From: a virus
Lineage: Duplodnaviria; Caudoviricetes
Direction: 5' to 3' (one strand)
Virus record (IMG/VR): IMGVR_UViG_3300017689_000002
Coordinates: 4,093 to 68,092 of that record
Length of the DNA: 64,000 bases
Every line of letters begins with the position of its first letter. The stretch's first letter is position 1. The translations under genes were made by a program, and so were the position numbers. Below are positions 58,092 to 64,000 of this stretch, piece by piece. Below the pieces are notes generated by a model. It was not told where the DNA came from, made no database searches, and saw nothing but the letters and a program-made list of their open reading frames with translations.

Positions 58092-60081
58092 TCCACCGTA
58101 ATCGTGCCATTGTCATAGGTCGTATTGAACAGTAGCGTAGAGTCCACTTGTTCGTTGACATGACGCTGAACAAATTTAAGATCTTTATCGTTCTTAATCC
58201 AATCCACATCGTGATACCTGAGTCTTTTCGCACTACTGTTTTTTAGTACAGTTTCTATACTTTCCACCAAATGTGCGAGTTCTCTAACCGGAATACCGAT
58301 CCAGGAATTGTTTTTTGGCTCAGGTTTCTCATCCTCACCAATCAAGACATACCACGTCCACTCCTCGGCAGGGGCGTCGAAATTGGGCCCGCGGTCTCCA
58401 GAGGGGGCACTACTACTCGCAAATACGTATTCGTCCTCTTCACCAGCCTTAAGGGCCTTTGTGAGTTCGGCGATGGTCAGCTTACCCTTACCACTAATTC
58501 GACGCTGCATCGAGTTTCTCCCGCTTCTTTTCGATTGTGAAATATGGGTAGTTTGCTTCAGGAACTACATGCAAACTGAACATCTTAGTATTCACAGTCG
58601 ACTCGAAACGACTACGAATCTGTTCAACGGTGTACTCAATCTTGAGTAGGAGTTCAAGTGAGGTCTTGTAGTATTGGTGATCAGTGACAGCCAGCTGACT
58701 AACCATCTCAGCAAATAGGAAGTCCAATGCCTCCCACTCGTCGCGAGGCCAACTGGTCCGCAGGTGATTCTCTTTGTGATCGCCGTAGTGATCCTTGTAC
58801 AGAGCGCAAATACGTCCATTACGCGACACATCCTTGCACAACGGGGGCTTACTCACTGCTGGTCCTCCTTAACAAACTCGATGTGGAACGGTACGTCGTC
58901 TTTCAGAGCTTCATGAATAAGGTTTTGACCACCTACATAATTTCTACCATCATAAAGGTATGGCGTCTCAAACTCGATCTCAATTGTTACACGCTCAAGC
59001 GTCGATACCAGTTCCCCTGTAAAGACAGTGTTTCCTACTCGAATATCGACAGGACCTTTAATCTCTGTAACGCGCATCATCACTTACCACTCCCATATTC
59101 TTCATCTACGTAATCTTTGCCTTCTTCTAGAAGACCCTTGATTTCGTGCTTAGCCATACCATCAGCACTCTCCAGAGAATATCCCCAGGTCTCGACACCT
59201 TCTTCATCAAACTCGCGGAAGAAGATAGGCACTGCCCAATGTACGATGACAGTCTGATCCGTGTCTTCGCCATTTTCTGCCCACATCGCATTGAAGTGAT
59301 TGCGGATAGCATCCTCGAGCTCTCGCCAGGTCTGCTCTGAATCTTTAGACTGCTCGGTCACCAAATTCCCAATCTATGCTCTCTACGCCCTCAGTGTCTT
59401 GGTCGCGCCACGTGTTTGCGTTAATGACTCCTGGATATTTAATACCGTTGTCCATGAACAGTACCCCAGGATCTCTTCGAACCAACTGCTCCCAGCGGAT
59501 CTTCCACGACTCATTGGTAGCCTTCTCGCGATCGAAGCGAATATAGCCACTGATGGGACCGAGGCGACCAGCTACGACCACCTTGCGCGGATCTTGAGTA
59601 AAGGAATAACCAGAGAACGTTTTGCCCTGTATGGTCTTCAGATATTCTGGGTCCTCAATACGACCCTCTACAATACCACGTTTGTGATCAATTGCACTAA
59701 TGGTACCGACACGCTTACCGTTCTCGTCATTCAGCGGCATGTCTTCAGGAAACTTCATTGGTTTCTCTCCTTCTTGACGTCAATCAGTTCAGCTCGGATT
59801 GCGCGTCGTGAAATATGAACAGCGTAGAAAGCACGCCAAACTGCTCCTAGCTTTGTGTTGTGAAACGTTGCTAAGTTCTTCCGCGACAATTCATCATAAT
59901 ATACTCGCCATGGTTTGTTTCGCAGTTTCTCAGAACGATTCACCGGTTTCTTAGGTTTACGCTCGAACAGATATTCAGTCATGAGATTTCCTTGCCGCAA
60001 TGCATACATCTAGCAATCAAGAACTGATCCTCACGCTCGTAAACGAATTCGTGACCAAATATATAAGTACAACCCTGCCAC

Positions 60082-60369
60082 TTAAGCACCGTCAGCCGCC
60101 AACCACTCCCAAGCGATTCGCGTGCATTCTTCGCACATGGGATAGTTTTCCGGGTTACGCTTGGGTACCCAGCGATATCCACAGATAGCGACGACCTCAA
60201 GGCCCAGTTCTTGAGCAGTTTTGAGAATCTCCTGCACCGACATCTGGTAGTTACCAATATGCTGATTGGCCGGAGGACTGATGTAGTGCGTTCGCGTGTC
60301 TCCCGTCAGATCCTCGAGCAGTGTGTCCATATCAACTTCGACATGGGTGTCTTCCATCGTGTTACTCAT
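60082..60369 (-). CDS. DUF3039-like protein
   Basis: HY...VVAICGYRWVP.R.P..YP.CEEC. Confidence 0.65.
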   Translation of the reverse strand: MSNTMEDTHVEVDMDTLLEDLTGDTRTHYISPPANQHIGNYQMSVQEILKTAQELGLEVVAICGYRWVPKRNPENYPMCEECTRIAWEWLAADGA

Positions 60370-60381
60370 TACTTCATCTCC

Positions 60382-60885
60382 TTAAATATAGCGGATCTCG
60401 CCGCGTACGGGCTTAGGACCCTCGATGCCCTCATCCAGGTTACGTCTGCGACCCTGCGAGTCATACCAGACATACGGCAGGTCGTCGGGAACACCCGGGA
60501 ATATAGGACCGTAGTATTCCGGATCCTTACGAATAAGATTGGACTGCATACCGTAGTGGAGATCCTCCTGACCAAGCCAGGGCGGAGTGTACTCCCAACG
60601 GCCTACCATCGACGAATATGTATCGAACAAGTCATACGTACGCTCCATCGAGACATGATTAAAGCCTCGCATTACATGCCACTCGTGGTAGAACGCCTCC
60701 TGATATCGCAGCAGCGTGATCTCGTGGCCAGCCCACATGTCGACGGCCGAGTGATGAATATAGCCGCGGTTCAGCAGGATAGCCTGCATGATCTGATAGG
60801 TCTCGGTGATCTGTTTGCCCAGTCGCTTCTGATCGAGCACTCGAGCTGACTCCGCAAAGTCGGGGTACGGCAAAAATGTCTGCAT
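60382..60885 (-). CDS. Pyrimidine-dimer DNA glycosylase (endonuclease V-like)
   Basis: MQTFLPYPDF..SA..LD.KRLGKQ..E..Q, H.AV.MW.G, PPWLG, H..MQSNLIRKDPEYY. Confidence 0.75.
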   Translation of the reverse strand: MQTFLPYPDFAESARVLDQKRLGKQITETYQIMQAILLNRGYIHHSAVDMWAGHEITLLRYQEAFYHEWHVMRGFNHVSMERTYDLFDTYSSMVGRWEYTPPWLGQEDLHYGMQSNLIRKDPEYYGPIFPGVPDDLPYVWYDSQGRRRNLDEGIEGPKPVRGEIRYI

Positions 60886-60922
60886 GTGAATTGTCCACTA
60901 ACGCTTAAAGAAATAACGTGTA

Positions 60923-60958
60923 GAGGGGGTGACAGCCCGTCAGGACCATCACCCCCTC
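60923..60958 (-). terminator. Intrinsic terminator-like hairpin
   Basis: Perfect 10-bp GC stem followed on the minus strand by a U-rich tract. Confidence 0.55.
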
Positions 60959-60969
60959 ATAGGATATAG

Positions 60970-62221
60970 CTACTTGAGTCCCTTTCGAGTACCGTAGGGG
61001 CCGATCTCCGTCCAGCGCTCTTCGAAGTCATCCTTACGAACCACGTAGAACGTCTTCAGACGGGTGTCTCCACGGACAATATAGTCGCCGACACCGGCAA
61101 CACGAACGCCCTTGGGGGTGTGGACACGAATACGGTGGTTCTTCTCCTCACCCTTTTTGTTGACATCGATGACAACGACGCCGACGGTCCAGTTACCCAA
61201 ACCGATCAGGTTCTTCTCGGTGACCTGGACAGCCTTCGTGGTCTCGCCAGCGTTGTCCTTGTAGTGCTTGGTCTTGATAGTAGGCATTTTCTTTGTTTCC
61301 TCTTCTGTGTTTTGATTGTTTTTGGGGTAGATCCAGATTACAGCTCTAGGCACCGCGGAGTCCGGTTTGCTCGTACAGACGATTGAACTCCGTTTCATCC
61401 ATGCCGAAGAACCGATTGGTGTCAAACTCGCGACACACATATTCCGTGAGATGGACAGGGATGACGCCATCGACAGTGGGTACCATGACGGCCAAGTCAC
61501 TAGCGCCGTCGCTCATCACGCGGCCGCCTACCCAGTTCGAGACGTCTTCGTAGTTGTCCATCGTGACCTGCATGGCCTCAATGGGATTGCCACGCTTCTT
61601 GTAGTGCTTCGGCCGCTCTCTAGTCATTATTGATACGCTCCATCGGCATGAAACTGTCAAGGAATTCGGCGTCAGTGACCACACGATATTCTCTGTCCAG
61701 AATAATCCAATCACCAAACTGGGCAACGACACGCTGCTCTTCGTCGGCATTCTTGGTAATCAAGAAAATGACAGTTTCACCCTCTACACTGTAGAAATTT
61801 GCGTGTAGATTTTTAGCAACGTTATGAAGCTGGTCACGCATCACACGGACAGCCTTAGTGACGGGTGGTCGGGGTATGAAACGACGGACAATCTCCCGAT
61901 AAGAGGTGTCTAGCGGAACCATTACTTTACCTCCGTGAAATATAGATCGACGTCCCAGACAGACGTGACCCCAAAGGTGCCTGTGCTATTGTACAACAGC
62001 CAGTAACCAAGGTTGACAGTCACATCTTTTTCCTGACCAGGTCCTTGTACAACGAGTTTGTCGTTCTGGAAATCAACGACGATACCACCCTTGTCAATAA
62101 CCCAAACCGCAACCTGACGCATGAGTTCTTCATGGTCTTTCGCTGCGATGCTAGTAGTCATCAACGGAACTTGAACGGCTTCGATGATTGCCGCGTTACG
62201 TACTAGTTTCTTTGCTTCCAC
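60970..62221 (-). other. Four tandem paralogous small genes (60970-61287, 61346-61627, 61620-61922, 61922-62221)
   Basis: Each has (T/I)(K/E)A(V/M)(Q/R)V...V..W.G...GD(Y/W)I...F. Confidence 0.7.
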
Positions 62222-62370
62222 AGATATCTCCTTTCAAGAGAGGGGCCGGCAGCTCTCACCACCGGCCCCAGGGAGTTACTTATTTTTCGAAGCCGCGAGC
62301 CCCAGGAGAGCGCCCAAGAAGAACGAGATCAGCGTGATGACCGATCCCGTAATCATGTATGCGAGTTCCA

Positions 62371-62895
62371 TTAGTCCTCTTCGGTGAAGTGAGGACGCGA
62401 GCTCAGAGCACTTGCAGCACCATCTCGCTCCACGTCAGCGTACTTCAGGTCCAGCTCGTCCTCGACGATCGTCGCGTAGAGGCTGGAGAGGTAGGTGGAA
62501 TATCCCGTGCGACCGTTCATCTCGTAGAACGACGGCTCAAGGATAACATCGATCTTCTCGAACTCAGCGAAGTCCAAGACCTGCAGCTCGTCCTCACCCA
62601 GGGGGGACTTACCACGAGAGGTGATCATCATGATCTTCGGATCCTTGACCGCGTAGCTGACCTTGACTTTGATCCAGTCCTGCTGCGGCTCGTCGGGGTC
62701 GTCACCTTCACGACGCTTGAGCTGCTTGACGTTCCAGCCCTCGGCCTCCATCGAGCGGGCAAGCTCGTAGGGAAGCAGAACACCCACGTTGCGGTCGCCC
62801 GCAGCATTGAACTGGTCCTTCTTTCCACTGAAGTTGCGGAAGATGAGACGGGTGTCCTCGATAACGCGCTTGCCGAGCTTAGGCTTGTTTGCCAT
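62371..62895 (-). CDS. Probable single-stranded DNA-binding protein
   Basis: RLIFRNFSG...GDRN..V.L...GWNVK...KV.Y; acidic tail. Confidence 0.55.
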   Translation of the reverse strand: MANKPKLGKRVIEDTRLIFRNFSGKKDQFNAAGDRNVGVLLPYELARSMEAEGWNVKQLKRREGDDPDEPQQDWIKVKVSYAVKDPKIMMITSRGKSPLGEDELQVLDFAEFEKIDVILEPSFYEMNGRTGYSTYLSSLYATIVEDELDLKYADVERDGAASALSSRPHFTEED

Positions 62896-62934
62896 TATAT
62901 GTTGTCCTTTGTTGTTTTAGTGTTGTGTTTTGTG

Positions 62935-63189
62935 TTACTCGCCGAGAGGCGCAGTTTCGGCAATTGCCTTGTGCGACCACATCGACGTCTCTTCGAGAGC
63001 CGTAAAGACCAGACTCTTGTAGCGACCACTGGGCAGATTCATGTCGAGATATTCAGCGAACTCCTTGTAGGCCGAACGCAGCTCTTCGTGAACCGGCTTG
63101 GTAGCATTTTCACCTTCGATGGTTGCCTTATGGAAACCGAAACGACTCTCGATTTCCTCAGGACCAACACTAGACAGATCGGGTTTCAT
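62935..63189 (-). CDS. Acb2/Tad1-like helical hairpin protein
   Basis: RFGFH...HEELR...A..L...P.GR.KSLV.TALEET.MWS.KAIA. Confidence 0.5.
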   Translation of the reverse strand: MKPDLSSVGPEEIESRFGFHKATIEGENATKPVHEELRSAYKEFAEYLDMNLPSGRYKSLVFTALEETSMWSHKAIAETAPLGE

Positions 63190-63680
63190 ATTCAGATTCT
63201 CTCTCAGCCTTGTCGGCTGCGTCTTTTGCTTCTTCCAGGACTTTAGCGAAATTCTCAAACGCCTCTGATGCTGCGCGTGCCGCTAGAGCAGCTTGGATAT
63301 AAGGCCGCTTCAGATCGGTGTTGTCCTTCATCGCTTGTTCCAGGCTTTTCGTCCGCGCTTAGCCATCTTGCGCGCCCCGAACAGGATGTTCTTACTCGGG
63401 GAGTACAGCACAGAACCACGCTTGGGTCGGAACCCCAGTGCATAGACCACGTTACGGACGGTGTTCATCTTTCCCATTTTTATCTCCTTTTTGGTTTACG
63501 GTGTTTTCTTCTGCGGTTGATTACTGCCTGATATTTAGTTAGCCAAACTACGTCACAGATGATAACCACAGCCATGACAAACGCTAGGACCATAGCTACT
63601 ATTTGCTCGGCATCCATAGTGGTGATGACACCCCCAGAATGATAAGCACAACGATAATATCGCTGATCAGATCATACATG

Positions 63681-64000
63681 CTACTCCTTAGACACCCAAG
63701 TTTCGATGTTATCTTTAGCAGTCATATTCACGACCATAGTGGCGCCCCGACTTTCGTCACGAACAAATGCGACACAGAGATCGATACCCGAATTGACCAT
63801 TTGTGCATTGCGAACGAAGCCGGCTTTCTTTCCATGAGTCTTCCAGTCAGCTGGGTGTAGCTCCACCTGACCCCCAATCTCGTTTACCCAGATATCCTCA
63901 GCAATGCGATCAGCTCCTGTAGGACACTCGCCGGATACCAGGATAGCCTCTCCTCCGAGATACTGCAACGCGGTGTAGAGGACTGTGCTGATTTCTTCTC
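63681..64000 (-). CDS. SLOG / DUF2493 (YspA-like) protein, 5' end cut by window edge
   Basis: VSGECPTGAD.IAE..W...PADW..HGKKAG.VRN..MV; frame open to base 64000. Confidence 0.75.
   Translation of the reverse strand, partial: EEISTVLYTALQYLGGEAILVSGECPTGADRIAEDIWVNEIGGQVELHPADWKTHGKKAGFVRNAQMVNSGIDLCVAFVRDESRGATMVVNMTAKDNIETWVSKE

Noticed and set aside
1-64000. Integrase, repressor, tRNA genes, DNA polymerase, primase
   Set aside because: None recognised in this window; both edges cut genes, so replication genes probably lie outside and lifestyle cannot be settled here

Overview
The window is most of the genome of a tailed dsDNA siphovirus with an actinobacterial host. Host evidence: a DUF3039-like gene, a LAxTG sortase substrate and GC-rich codons in capsid and tail-tube genes. 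Essentially every real gene is on the minus strand; the long plus-strand ORFs are antisense shadows. A candidate 9-nt cos site lies at 42210-42218. Reading downward from it: lysis genes, terS/HNH, fibres, terL, portal, protease-scaffold-capsid fusion, tail genes, holin, an array of small genes each with its own promoter (about 11.9-15.1 kb), then middle genes. Upward from cos lie a 900-aa protein with two-barrel RNA polymerase motifs (QVR..YLKG, RYP, ADFDGD), nucleases, an origin-like region, a helicase, thyX and many small genes. No DNA polymerase, primase or integrase is visible; both window edges cut genes. From recall, the layout resembles ReqiPepy6-like actinophages (unverified). Most notable: (1) a probable single-subunit phage RNA polymerase and a 12-copy 28-bp promoter motif; (2) nine hairpins with a conserved ACA loop; (3) three candidate structured ncRNAs, two under their own promoter; (4) a dual-coded helicase region; (5) a shared [ILV]-x-H motif linking the capsid scaffold, four small proteins and the polymerase; (6) a sortase-anchored surface protein. 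Family assignments are by motif recognition only; no database search was run.
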